From the IMG/VR virus record IMGVR_UViG_3300028888_000002: a stretch of DNA of 64,000 nt. One strand, written 5' to 3'. The translations under genes and the position numbers were made by a program. A model generated the notes under the pieces. The model saw only the letters and a program-made list of their open reading frames with translations. It did no database searches and was not told where the DNA came from. Position 1 is the first letter of the stretch. The number at the start of each line of letters is the position of its first letter. Source of the stretch: a virus. Taxonomy: Duplodnaviria; Caudoviricetes. Positions 46,436 through 56,041 of the stretch are shown in pieces.

Positions 46436-46748
46436 TTTTCTGTTCCTTTGTTTCGGATTGTTTCTTTTGTAAAACGTAGTTTATGCACCTGCAAAGAATA
46501 GCCCCGCAGGTTTGGAAGGATTCAATGCTCTTGTCGTAATCCTGGACTTGATAGGCTGCGAACGCTTCTGCCATTTCACGCATAAGCATATTGTCGGCAC
46601 ATTCCAGGTCGGAGCGGGAAATCGCCCGTAAGGACATAAGCCACGACCCCGCCTTTTCGTTTGTGAAGTGCCTACACAGAACAGGCTTTTCTAGCAAATG
46701 CTGTTCTAGTTTTTTCTGTATTCCGTCCAAGCTACTTGTGTAATCCAT
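46425..46748 (-). CDS. hypothetical protein
   Basis: Tiled ORF. Confidence 0.7.
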   Translation of the reverse strand: MDYTSSLDGIQKKLEQHLLEKPVLCRHFTNEKAGSWLMSLRAISRSDLECADNMLMREMAEAFAAYQVQDYDKSIESFQTCGAILCRCINYVLQKKQSETKEQKNEK

Positions 46749-46944
46749 TTTGAGCCTTCTTTTTCAGCAGAGTTTCTTCACGCTTGATATGCTTGCTAAT
46801 ATAGCTTAAAATATACTTGTTACATTCAAGTGCCCCGTCAAGCTGCGGGGCTTCCCAGGAACAGCAGCAACGTCGGTAGTTGTATAAATTCTGCCGTTGG
46901 TTATCCAGGGCTTTCTTGACAGTCTTCAAAGTTTTCAAGTCCAT
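46732..46944 (-). CDS. hypothetical protein
   Basis: Tiled ORF. Confidence 0.65.
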   Translation of the reverse strand: MDLKTLKTVKKALDNQRQNLYNYRRCCCSWEAPQLDGALECNKYILSYISKHIKREETLLKKKAQNGLHK

Positions 46945-46956
46945 AGGTTGTCCCCG

Positions 46957-47544
46957 TTAGAAAAGTGGTTCGGTCCGTTCTTCAATGTATTCAACAGCCT
47001 GGATAATCAAGTCAAGCCAAACACGGATTCGCTTCAACCCCTTAATCTTTGCGTTAGGGTCTTTGATAGCCTTGTCCTTTGCGTAATAGGTGTCAACGGG
47101 TTCCTGGAACGGCTTGCCGATTTCGTTGGCGATAGCCTTGCAAGTGTCGTGCCACAGGCTGCTAGAATATACAGCTATGGTCCCAAGCGGACCCGCAGCG
47201 TCGCCCAGGACCTTTACTTCCGCTAGACCCCTTTGGGCAGGGTCGGAAATGTTAGTTTCAAAATATATAAACGCAGCGATTACAGCGTCCATCCAAACAC
47301 GGACCCGCTTCAATGAACGGACCTTAATGTTTTCGTCGTTAATGGCTGCGTCTTCCCTGTAATACTTGTCGGCAGCGGTGAGCAGCTTTTCGTTGTCGTA
47401 GTTGTTTACGCCATCGGAGTAGGCTTCCCACAGTTTAGGCGTAAGGACCATAAGGACCCCAAGCGGGTCCGCAACATTCTTGCCCGCAATCTTGTTCTCA
47501 ACGTCACCGCCCTCGTAAAAGCTATACTTTTTCTTCTGTTCCAT
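46957..47544 (-). CDS. protein with internal two-fold repeat
   Basis: PLG...LW...D.YY..D.AI.D.N.K...LKR.RVW.D..I.A..Y.E occurs twice. Confidence 0.8.
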   Translation of the reverse strand: MEQKKKYSFYEGGDVENKIAGKNVADPLGVLMVLTPKLWEAYSDGVNNYDNEKLLTAADKYYREDAAINDENIKVRSLKRVRVWMDAVIAAFIYFETNISDPAQRGLAEVKVLGDAAGPLGTIAVYSSSLWHDTCKAIANEIGKPFQEPVDTYYAKDKAIKDPNAKIKGLKRIRVWLDLIIQAVEYIEERTEPLF

Positions 47545-48010
47545 TTTCTTGTTCCTTTGGTTTATCCAGGCTATCAAGATACCAGGCATACCTCGCAGCG
47601 TAGTGCAGGATAATATCAAAATGCAGGGCGTAGTTCCTTGTCTTCTTTGCGAACCGCACACCCACGTATTGCCCGTTAATAAAGCTGTCGTATTCGTTAG
47701 GGGGCATACCCTTTGGTGCCAGGTCGTTACGGATTCCGTCCTTGCCAACGTAAATCTTGAACAGCGGATAGCCGTTTTCCACCTTGATTTCAAACAGCGG
47801 GTGCGACAACCAATAGACGACCGTGAAGCCGTCGTCACCGTCTTTTTCTGTAATGAACCGCAAGGCGTGACAGAAGCGGGCATAGTTTTCAAGGCACCAC
47901 TTTACAGACGACGCTTGCTTTACACCGTCGTAGCCTGCGAACTCATATCGCACACCGCAGTCGTGCGGGTTAATTTCGGGGAGGCTCTTTAAAATTTCAA
48001 TAACGCTCAT
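47522..48010 (-). CDS. hypothetical protein
   Basis: AAGGA RBS. Confidence 0.75.
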   Translation of the reverse strand: MSVIEILKSLPEINPHDCGVRYEFAGYDGVKQASSVKWCLENYARFCHALRFITEKDGDDGFTVVYWLSHPLFEIKVENGYPLFKIYVGKDGIRNDLAPKGMPPNEYDSFINGQYVGVRFAKKTRNYALHFDIILHYAARYAWYLDSLDKPKEQENGTEEKV

Positions 48011-48020
48011 AGTTTGTTCC

Positions 48021-48338
48021 TTAATTATACCACGCCAATTTTCTTAAAAAGGCACGGGCTTCTTCGGACGAATTAAAACAAAGTTTTCCGTGGCGTTTAG
48101 AATGCCACTCACCCGAACCGTCCTTGCTAATGCGGGTGTCCTTATAATGATGCCAAAACCTTTCCCACGTATGCTTATGCTGCGGATAGAATTTTCCACG
48201 CTTGTAGGCGATACGGTGAGAGTCGTTTACAGCCAGGAACCATTCGCCCATAATGAACTTGTAAAGCGACGAGCCAATACCCCAACAAATGATTCCGAAT
48301 AAAGTGACTAGGCAGCAAATGATTACAATTTCAATCAT
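48021..48338 (-). CDS. membrane-anchored protein; C-terminus similar to that of 3113-3574
   Basis: N-terminal TM; FNSSEEARAFL vs FKTHEEAQAFL. Confidence 0.7.
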   Translation of the reverse strand: MIEIVIICCLVTLFGIICWGIGSSLYKFIMGEWFLAVNDSHRIAYKRGKFYPQHKHTWERFWHHYKDTRISKDGSGEWHSKRHGKLCFNSSEEARAFLRKLAWYN

Positions 48339-48501
48339 AGAATACCTTTATTTGATTTTGTGTTTCACGTAACATTCGGGGCACACGGTAACTTTGCGAA
48401 CGCATACCGTCCCCAATTCATAAATCCTGGCAACCGCCTTAATGGGGTGCTGCGTAGGCTTACGGCAGTTCACGCAGATATTTGACGAAAACAGACCCAT
48501 A

Positions 48502-48921
48502 TTACCCCTGGTTGTCCGTATAGGCTTTCAAGATTTGTTCCAGGTAGTCCATATTTTCAAGGCACAGGTCTTCGGCACGTTTCAGTTTATCGCAAAATTC
48601 CTTTATGCTCCAATGGCTATTAGGGTGTTTAGCCAAATAGAACAGAACATTGAAATAGCGACAAATGTTCCGACGTGCGGACCATAACGCCCGCTTACGA
48701 ATAAGTGCGTTAATGTCAGCTATTCCCTTACTTTCGGACAACAGGTTATAGCGGTTCTTCCACTGTGCAAGTTCCTTTTTAGTCCCGTCCTGCTGTTGTT
48801 CCATTTGCGAAATGAGCAGGTCCACATCGTCCTTGTAATAGAACACCGTAGGTTCTTCCCAGGTCTTTTCTTTTTCATTCACGACGCAAATTCGTCTTGT
48901 CCGTAAGTCAGCCTTATTCAT
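48502..48921 (-). CDS. hypothetical protein (KRALWSAR family)
   Basis: ATGA overlap. Confidence 0.7.
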   Translation of the reverse strand: MNKADLRTRRICVVNEKEKTWEEPTVFYYKDDVDLLISQMEQQQDGTKKELAQWKNRYNLLSESKGIADINALIRKRALWSARRNICRYFNVLFYLAKHPNSHWSIKEFCDKLKRAEDLCLENMDYLEQILKAYTDNQG

Positions 48922-49160
48922 TGGTTGCCCCGCTTTGCACTATTAAGGTCATATTCCATTTTGGATATGATAGCTTTGAGTTTATTGTTTTCGTTACGCA
49001 GCTTTATATTTGCCCGTAACTCTTTGTTGAATTTGACCCGATACTTTTCAAGGTTCCCAAGCAGCGACTTGCTTTGCTGTTCGGAAAATTCCAGGGCTGC
49101 TGCCCATTCCTTTTCGGTCATAGGTCTATTCAGCTTCAGTGTCTTTATCTTTCTTTTCAT
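48918..49160 (-). CDS. hypothetical coiled-coil protein
   Basis: Tiled ORF. Confidence 0.65.
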   Translation of the reverse strand: MKRKIKTLKLNRPMTEKEWAAALEFSEQQSKSLLGNLEKYRVKFNKELRANIKLRNENNKLKAIISKMEYDLNSAKRGNQ

Positions 49161-49602
49161 CTTCTACCGTGTCTTCGGGGAATGCGTCAAACAGTTCGTT
49201 GGCGAGCCTGTCGGCTATCGTGATATTTTCAATGACCGTCGCAGTTTGCATAGGGTCGTCACAAATACAATTCTTGCACAGTCTAGCAGCACTTCTCAAA
49301 TCCCACAGCTTGTTAAACAAGTCCTTCGGACGCATATCCATTTGTGCGTCGTAGGTGGGCTTGCTGACAGTGCAGACGGGGGTTTCTTGCCGTGCGTATG
49401 CGTCGTCAATTTCGTAAATCGTGTAATGTGTAGAATAGGGTCTTTCCGTATGGCAATCCCCATACTGCAACCATTCGGGATGGAACGGCTTTTCCCAATC
49501 TTTTGCAAAGGCTTCAACGGCTTCCTTTGTCTTGAACCCTTCAACCTTTTGGGTCGTAATACCGCAAGACTTATAAATAACAGTGAGAATTACTCCGAAC
49601 AT
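49126..49602 (-). CDS. hypothetical protein
   Basis: CCGAGGA RBS. Confidence 0.75.
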   Translation of the reverse strand: MFGVILTVIYKSCGITTQKVEGFKTKEAVEAFAKDWEKPFHPEWLQYGDCHTERPYSTHYTIYEIDDAYARQETPVCTVSKPTYDAQMDMRPKDLFNKLWDLRSAARLCKNCICDDPMQTATVIENITIADRLANELFDAFPEDTVEDEKKDKDTEAE

Positions 49603-49764
49603 ATTAAATCCTCGGCATACGCTTCACACGCTTTACTTTGAGAAGTCCCAAACGCTTCTTTGCTTCGCAGCGTTCACACAGCGGGTGATATTCGTTTGCA
49701 TAGAACGACTCCCCGCAGTTCATACAGTCATACCAATTATCTTCGCCATTGAGCCAAGCCATAG

Positions 49765-49962
49765 CTATTTACCTCTTGAAAGTTTATCGCCACACAACGG
49801 GCAGAATTTGAATTTGAAAACCGCCATACGGTCCACGAACTGCGGGTCGCCCTCGTTGTTAATTACATTAAAATAACCCTGGTCGTCAAGGATAGCATCA
49901 ATATCCTTGTCCTGGGACTTAATGGACGATTGCGTTTTGCACGGACAAAGTTTTTTAGTCAT
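49765..49962 (-). CDS. CxC...FKFCPLCG zinc-ribbon family protein
   Basis: Motif. Confidence 0.7.
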   Translation of the reverse strand: MTKKLCPCKTQSSIKSQDKDIDAILDDQGYFNVINNEGDPQFVDRMAVFKFKFCPLCGDKLSRGK

Positions 49963-49965
49963 ACG

Positions 49966-50280
49966 TTACTTACCCCAATTTTCGCCAATATACTTCTTTA
50001 CCATATTCTTGTCGTAGTGGTCGGAACCCGTGCAGATACATTCAAATTTGCAACGGCAGCAATAGTGCCAATCGCCACGGTAGGGACAATTTTTCATAGT
50101 TTCGTAGTCGTCGGCAAGTTTGTGCGGGTGCGAGTCCCTTTGCTGCTTTTTAGACAGCAGGTCTTTCAATTTAGCCGTCACGCTCAAAGCAGCCCAATTC
50201 TGTTCGGGCAGGGACTTTATAATTTCCTGGGCTTCGTCCACGGTCAGTTCCACGCAGATAATGTCTTGACGTTGCTGCAT
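49966..50280 (-). CDS. hypothetical Cys-rich protein
   Basis: AAGGA RBS. Confidence 0.7.
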   Translation of the reverse strand: MQQRQDIICVELTVDEAQEIIKSLPEQNWAALSVTAKLKDLLSKKQQRDSHPHKLADDYETMKNCPYRGDWHYCCRCKFECICTGSDHYDKNMVKKYIGENWGK

Positions 50281-50283
50281 AGG

Positions 50284-50592
50284 CTATTCCTTTCCGTCCA
50301 AAATCTTGCTTACCTTAAAGTCAATAGCAAGGATTAAATTCAAGCCTACACCCGATTGCAGGGGGCTGAGGTGGCAAATGCCGTAGAACAGGTCGGAATG
50401 GTTCCACCCAAGCGATTCCCGTTTGGTCTTGATGGCTTCTACCAAGTGTTTGGCGATGTCGTCCACGTCCTGTTCGGTAGGTTCATTGTCAATGCTATAT
50501 GGCAAGGTGTAGGCTACGTCGCAGGTCTTTTCGTTCCGCAATTCAAAAAAGAAAATATGGGGATTGTTGAGGGGGTGGTTGTATCGGTTCAT
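50284..50592 (-). CDS. hypothetical protein
   Basis: AAGGA RBS. Confidence 0.7.
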   Translation of the reverse strand: MNRYNHPLNNPHIFFFELRNEKTCDVAYTLPYSIDNEPTEQDVDDIAKHLVEAIKTKRESLGWNHSDLFYGICHLSPLQSGVGLNLILAIDFKVSKILDGKE

Positions 50593-50616
50593 AAGGGTGT
50601 TCCTTATAGTTCGTGG

Positions 50617-50841
50617 TTACTTGCCGATTTCTACACAGTGAAATCTATGTGACAAATCTACCTGCCACACGTTGCCTTCAGCCCTAAAATCCTTGACACG
50701 GTTTTGAGCGACGAAAGAATGACCTGCTTCAATACAAGCCTTTTCGGTCTTGAAATAGTGAATGACCGTAGAGGTCACAGGGGAGTTAGGCGTAATCTTG
50801 CCGTTGGCTCCCAATAAAGTAAACAATACTAAAACCCACAT
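50617..50841 (-). CDS. small exported phage protein (MWVLV...F.TEKAC...C)
   Basis: Signal-like N-terminus, Cys pair. Confidence 0.7.
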   Translation of the reverse strand: MWVLVLFTLLGANGKITPNSPVTSTVIHYFKTEKACIEAGHSFVAQNRVKDFRAEGNVWQVDLSHRFHCVEIGK

Positions 50842-50843
50842 AA

Positions 50844-51182
50844 TTATTTCCTGTTAAAAAGTATGATTAAACTAATGACTACCGCAAGAAGGGCACAGGC
50901 TAGGTTATGCGACACAATCCCGACGGTTAGGGCTGTCGCCATAGCCACAAGCGTAGCTGCAACTTGCACACGCCTTGCGGTCCACCAGGATTCCTTGACT
51001 TCCCGTTTCGGTGCTTCGTGGAACAATCCGTTCTTCATAGCACAACCCAGGCAAACGCTACGGGGCTTACCGCTTGCGAACGTTTCACCGCAAATAACGC
51101 ATTTACGGGTTTTGTTGTAGTTTGGGAACTTGCGGTCAAATTCCGCTTTAAGTTTCTTTTCGTCTAAATTCCAACCGTCCAT
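50844..51182 (-). CDS. zinc-finger plus 2-TM protein
   Basis: CVICG...CLGC then hydrophobic tail. Confidence 0.7.
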   Translation of the reverse strand: MDGWNLDEKKLKAEFDRKFPNYNKTRKCVICGETFASGKPRSVCLGCAMKNGLFHEAPKREVKESWWTARRVQVAATLVAMATALTVGIVSHNLACALLAVVISLIILFNRK

Positions 51183-51412
51183 TATTTCTTACGCTCCCAA
51201 TGGTTTGGGGACACTTCTTCATATCCCCAAGATTCAAAAAGTTTTCTAGCATCTTCTGTGACGGCAACAGAAATAAATCCTGTTACGGGTCTTTTGCGTT
51301 GTATCATCTTGGAAGCCTCTATAATGGTTTCTTTGATACTTTTCTTGCTAGGTTCGGCAATACCTTTGCCGTTGTTAAGTTTTTCTTCTGCGAAACTCAT
51401 TGTTTTTCCCAT
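51182..51412 (-). CDS. hypothetical protein, tandem paralog of the upstream gene
   Basis: GYEEVSPNHWE vs GYVEVAKDRWE. Confidence 0.65.
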   Translation of the reverse strand: MGKTMSFAEEKLNNGKGIAEPSKKSIKETIIEASKMIQRKRPVTGFISVAVTEDARKLFESWGYEEVSPNHWERKK

Positions 51413-51589
51413 CGGTCCTTTGCTACTTCAACGTAGCCATTTTCACGGAGCATTTCTTCGGCACGTTCCTTGTCCTGCTCACTGTGACAAAAGATAGTTC
51501 CACGGTTAATATCTACGGGACCCTGGTTCACTTTTACAAGCGTATCGTGCATATCCCGCATAGCCCCGATAATCTGTTCAACGGTGGGT

Positions 51590-52066
51590 TCAGTCCAACT
51601 TGTCGGGGTAGCGGGCTTCACCAATTTCTTTTTTGAGTTTGAGGTATTCATTCCACTTCTTTTCCATTTCGGGACTGCACCATTCGTTATACGGGACAAT
51701 CCTGTAAGTCACCTTGCGTTCCACAACCGTAAACGGGCACTTGTCAGTGGTTTCAGTCTGCGAGCGGGTCTGCGTGAACACGTCCTGCAAAGTAAGGCAG
51801 GTCCACATAGTCGGGGCATTGGGGTCGCTCCCGAACTTTACACGGTAGTCAATATCGGGTTTCTTGTATTCAACCTTTTCCGAAGCGGGGCGGTCAATGG
51901 TAAACGATTCAAGCAACTTTACAAGGTCTTTCTTGAAGACGTTTACGCAGCTTCCCGTGAAGTAGGTTCCCCCGTCTTCACGCTTATAGGAAAGTTTCTT
52001 TGTCTTCGGGCTGTGCGTAAGCTGTTTAAGCAGTTTAAGGATTTGTTCCTTTTCGGTCGTTCTCAT
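51590..52066 (-). CDS. hypothetical protein
   Basis: GAGGA RBS. Confidence 0.7.
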   Translation of the reverse strand: MRTTEKEQILKLLKQLTHSPKTKKLSYKREDGGTYFTGSCVNVFKKDLVKLLESFTIDRPASEKVEYKKPDIDYRVKFGSDPNAPTMWTCLTLQDVFTQTRSQTETTDKCPFTVVERKVTYRIVPYNEWCSPEMEKKWNEYLKLKKEIGEARYPDKLD

Positions 52067-52748
52067 TTGAGTTTTCCTCACGGGCTTTTATAGTTACGTG
52101 GCTGTTTACGATTTCTTCCAAAACAAACTTCAAGTATTTATAGTTTTCGTTCGTTACGTCTTCCCAGGCTACGGGCGTAGTGAAGCACACGACACCAGGC
52201 TTTACGCTAGTAGGCAAGAACAGGTAATCCACCGTTGCAATATAGTAGCGGGCATCCCCGATTTCCGACCATTTACCGATAGAAAGGACTTCTTTCTTGC
52301 TGTCATAGATAACGTTAATCCCCTTGACCTGTTGGTTAAGAAGTCGCCATACACGGGTAATGCTCCACGTTCTGTCATTGAGTTCGTCATAGACACCCGT
52401 AGCAATTTTCTTGATTTGGCTACAAAACAGTGCGTAGTTACTGCACGGGTTCGGTATCGCCAAAATGGTCCCGTCGTCAAGCGGGACAGAATAGGTCCCA
52501 ACGTCTTCGGGGTGGAATGTCATATCCTCAATCGGGAGCTGTTCATACCAGGACGAAAGACGCTTACCGCACATAGGGCAGAAGTGAATCCCTAGTTGGA
52601 GCGGTTCGCTTTCGTCGTAATTCACACGCATAACGGGTTTGCCCGTGTTTTCGTTCACACCGATTTCCACAAGCGACGCACCGCCCAGGGAATTTCTAGC
52701 CAACGGCTTGAACAATCCGTTATCGTTCTTTTCACAATACTTGCACAT
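52035..52748 (-). CDS. MCKYC...FCPMCG module fused to a ~170-aa domain
   Basis: AAGGA RBS; motif. Confidence 0.8.
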   Translation of the reverse strand: MCKYCEKNDNGLFKPLARNSLGGASLVEIGVNENTGKPVMRVNYDESEPLQLGIHFCPMCGKRLSSWYEQLPIEDMTFHPEDVGTYSVPLDDGTILAIPNPCSNYALFCSQIKKIATGVYDELNDRTWSITRVWRLLNQQVKGINVIYDSKKEVLSIGKWSEIGDARYYIATVDYLFLPTSVKPGVVCFTTPVAWEDVTNENYKYLKFVLEEIVNSHVTIKAREENSNENDRKGTNP

Positions 52749-52798
52749 CGTAAAATCCTTTAATGGGTCCTATGTTAGATATAGCACAACAACGACAA

Positions 52799-53053
52799 TT
52801 AGATAGAATGCGAACACCACCAATCCTGGGTGATTTCGCCCTTTTCGGGAATGTCCGACAGTTTCACAACGTAGTCGTCCAGGGGTGCCGTGCCGTCCGA
52901 ATTGTTTACAGTTACGACGGCACACAGCCCGTCGGCAGGGTAATACCCCACTGACACTTCCCCGAAGCTAATGCGTGGTTGTAGCTTCTGTTCTACCTGC
53001 CCGCATTCGCCCTGGAATTTCAGCAGTGCTTTATTTAGCTTCGGGTGCTTCAT
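52799..53053 (-). CDS. hypothetical protein
   Basis: ATGA overlap. Confidence 0.65.
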   Translation of the reverse strand: MKHPKLNKALLKFQGECGQVEQKLQPRISFGEVSVGYYPADGLCAVVTVNNSDGTAPLDDYVVKLSDIPEKGEITQDWWCSHSI

Positions 53054-53466
53054 AGCTTATTCACGGATTCCACCCACTTTTCGTAGGCTTGAACCGCCTT
53101 GTCCTTTTGGCGTTTAAGGTGGTCTGTGGCTTCGTCTATCACGTCGGCAGGCATTCTATTGCCTGGGACAAAAGAAAGCCCCTGGTAACGCCTGGTGGCA
53201 CAGAAAGACGAGAAATACTCAACCGTGGGCGGGTTCTTTTTGACCTTGCCCATATATTCGTGAAATTCCAGGCACTTGATTGCCACGTCGTAATCCAACA
53301 TAATGTTGTCGTTCTGTTGGTAAGCCTTGAACACACGCATATAAATGGTTTCACAGGACGTTCCGTCGTAACCGTAGCCGTGGCTAGTGGACTCCGTGAA
53401 TTTAAGGACCACGGGGTTATGCTCCGAAACGGTCCGCATAAGGTCTGCAAGTTCAAGCAATTCCAT
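53050..53466 (-). CDS. hypothetical protein
   Basis: Tiled ORF. Confidence 0.7.
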   Translation of the reverse strand: MELLELADLMRTVSEHNPVVLKFTESTSHGYGYDGTSCETIYMRVFKAYQQNDNIMLDYDVAIKCLEFHEYMGKVKKNPPTVEYFSSFCATRRYQGLSFVPGNRMPADVIDEATDHLKRQKDKAVQAYEKWVESVNKL

Positions 53467-53478
53467 AGGTAGCCCCCA

Positions 53479-53946
53479 TTAGCACTTGAAGCCGTGGCTT
53501 CTCAAAATACCGTAATAGTGTTCGGCAAGTTCCAACCATTTCTTGTGGTGCCTTACATAGTTGGTATGTTCCTTGAAAAGTTCGGCTTTCTTTTCATTGT
53601 TGGATTCCATAAGGTATTTGCCGAAAGCGTCGTCGCTGATACGCTTCGCTTCCTTTGCTTTGAGCAAGCAGCGTTTGGCGTTGGAGCGGTGCGAAACGTC
53701 CTGGGCATAATACATTTCGTATTTGTAGTGCTTGACGGTTTCTTCCACGCAGTCTGCATAGGCGTTCATACCAACTTCAAAAGCGGAACGCATACCATCA
53801 AGCATAATGCCCGTGAGTTTCTTCCAGGCACTTTCGGTTACAGAAATCCCCAAGCTAGTCAAAGCACCATACAGCCTCCCGCAAACTTTCGTGTAGGGGG
53901 CTTCCATCCTATTTACGGCATTCTTTACAATTTCGTTGCGGTCCAT
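53479..53946 (-). CDS. hypothetical protein (KRCL...KWLELA family)
   Basis: Tiled ORF; C-terminus similar to 26064-26309. Confidence 0.7.
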   Translation of the reverse strand: MDRNEIVKNAVNRMEAPYTKVCGRLYGALTSLGISVTESAWKKLTGIMLDGMRSAFEVGMNAYADCVEETVKHYKYEMYYAQDVSHRSNAKRCLLKAKEAKRISDDAFGKYLMESNNEKKAELFKEHTNYVRHHKKWLELAEHYYGILRSHGFKC

Positions 53947-53949
53947 AGT

Positions 53950-54495
53950 CTATACCTTGTTGTAATGTTCCCAAATATCACGGGCGAAATCCACCCACTT
54001 GTTGTAGGTCATTGACTTCGGGGCATACGGTTTATACAGGGTTTCAAAAAACGGTTCCCAACCCTTTTTAGCTATTACACGGACTGCCGACGAAGACAGG
54101 TCACGCAGGGGTGCAGGACTAGGGATAAAGATTGTCGGGTATTCACCGTGGGAAATGTTATAGTTGTAGCCCGCCATAGGCATTTCCACGTCCAGGTCTA
54201 TTGCGGAGCGAACGCCTCGGATTAGAACGATACGGTCCGCAACGTCGGTCATAGCCATAAGTTCGTCGCAGTAGTCACAGATAAACCCGCCCGTGTGTTC
54301 GGGCTTAATCCAGGTTGCGTCCTGGACCCATTGGGCACGTTTTTCTTTGGGGACGCTGTATTCCTTCTGCGGGTTGTCCGCTAAAACGATTTGAACCATA
54401 TCGTCGCCAAAGATATGCTTTGCCGTTTCAATGACTGCGATATGCCCTGCGTGAATAGGGTTGAAACTTCCTGCATAGATAGCTAGTGTGTTCAC
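53950..54495 (-). CDS. coaD: phosphopantetheine adenylyltransferase
   Basis: AIYAGSFNPIHAGH (HxGH), IRGVRSAIDLDVEMPMAGYN, LSSSAVR match PPAT motifs. Confidence 0.85.
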   Translation of the reverse strand: MNTLAIYAGSFNPIHAGHIAVIETAKHIFGDDMVQIVLADNPQKEYSVPKEKRAQWVQDATWIKPEHTGGFICDYCDELMAMTDVADRIVLIRGVRSAIDLDVEMPMAGYNYNISHGEYPTIFIPSPAPLRDLSSSAVRVIAKKGWEPFFETLYKPYAPKSMTYNKWVDFARDIWEHYNKV

Positions 54496-55859
54496 TTATT
54501 TGCTCCTAAAATAAGATTGATAACCTGTTCCAAACGCATAACGTCCTGGTCCGTGAGTTTGTCCCACGGGACTGCGGGTTCCACTTGAACAATCTTGTCG
54601 CCCTGCTTCTCAATGGACGGGTAAGCTGCGAAGTCCGAAGCGATACGAACGTCCTGGAAATAAATTGAACTGATAATGAAATCCTGGACCTTGAAAGTTC
54701 CCGCAGGGAATTTCGCAGTAAGGTATCGGTAGAACTTCAACAGGTTCCAACGTGGAATGCCCATATAGTCAATGTTGGCGTTATGCCATTCCGTATCGCC
54801 ACGCAAGCGGACCTTATACTGCCCGATTTCCAACGGGTGCAGGGGTTCGTTTTCCTTGTCAAGACTGTAATCAAACGTGTGCATAACAGTGTTGAAGTTG
54901 TTAGTGTCAAGCAATTCGCCCTTACCGTCCGCAAGCCACATAGCGACTTCCCAATGCGTAGGAACATCGGATTGCGGAAGCGTAAACGGTGCTTTCGGGT
55001 GCGGACCGTGGTGCATTTTTTCAGTGCTGTTAGCGATAAAGTCTTGCGTTCTTTTGGCTGACATTCGTTCTAATTCCTTTTCTGTGAATAATCCCTTTAT
55101 ATGGTTTGCAGCGTCGTCAATTTGTTTGGACGTAATGCCCCGCCACGGACAATACGTTCCCTTTGCAAGCAGCACCAGGTTTTCGTCTGCTGCGACTAAT
55201 CCCTTGTGGCTTTCGCACATAACAAGAATGCGGTCGTGGACCTGGTTGCCATAGTCGGGGACGGTTGTTTCCGTTTTGTCACGGACAATGTATTCGTCCC
55301 CTAAAATGGAAACCAACCTCGCATAATACTTGTCAAGATTCCAGGTGTTAGCTGTGGCGGTGTCAAGCCAACGCATAGCACACCTAACAGCGTAATAAAC
55401 GTCCCTGTCAATGACACGCTCCCAGTGAATGAAGTTGTCCCCGTATTCGTTACGCAAGCACAAGATATGCTCCGTAGCCAGGATTATGCAGTTTTGCCCG
55501 CTTGTCAGTTTTTCGTTAGACTGCTTGTCAACACAGATAACCAGGAGGGTCGTGGGAAGTTCTTCAATGCTTTCAGCCTTGATAGCTGTTTTTACATAGT
55601 CCTTGAACTTCTTAAAATTCCACGGTGGTTCCGCTAATCCGTTTGCAACTGCGATAACGTCGTGACCGAACATTTCCTTTGAAATGTTGGGCGTAAAGGC
55701 GATACCTTCGGGAACGTCGCTGCCGTGAATGCAGCGGAGCGAATTGGTCTGCGGAATGCTTGCATAGATTTTTCCGTAAGTGGCTTTGTCGTTGCACTCA
55801 ACGAAGAAATCGTCTTCGTCCGTTTGAATAATGCAGTATTTGTAATTGTAAGAAGGCAC
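54492..55859 (-). CDS. large hypothetical protein
   Basis: 455-aa ORF, GTG start. Confidence 0.8.
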   Translation of the reverse strand: MPSYNYKYCIIQTDEDDFFVECNDKATYGKIYASIPQTNSLRCIHGSDVPEGIAFTPNISKEMFGHDVIAVANGLAEPPWNFKKFKDYVKTAIKAESIEELPTTLLVICVDKQSNEKLTSGQNCIILATEHILCLRNEYGDNFIHWERVIDRDVYYAVRCAMRWLDTATANTWNLDKYYARLVSILGDEYIVRDKTETTVPDYGNQVHDRILVMCESHKGLVAADENLVLLAKGTYCPWRGITSKQIDDAANHIKGLFTEKELERMSAKRTQDFIANSTEKMHHGPHPKAPFTLPQSDVPTHWEVAMWLADGKGELLDTNNFNTVMHTFDYSLDKENEPLHPLEIGQYKVRLRGDTEWHNANIDYMGIPRWNLLKFYRYLTAKFPAGTFKVQDFIISSIYFQDVRIASDFAAYPSIEKQGDKIVQVEPAVPWDKLTDQDVMRLEQVINLILGANK

Positions 55860-56041
55860 GGTTTACCCCCCGCAGACAGTTGTGGCGTTAGTTCTTACAC
55901 AAAGTTCGCCTGGGTTGTTCGGGTTCGGCATAAGCATAGGTGCGGAAAATTTAGGTTCCTGTTGAGTTTCAGCGGGCATACCCTTGTCGCTGAATCCGTG
56001 ATTGAAGAAACAGAAATGCTGCGGAAAACTTTCGTTCATAA

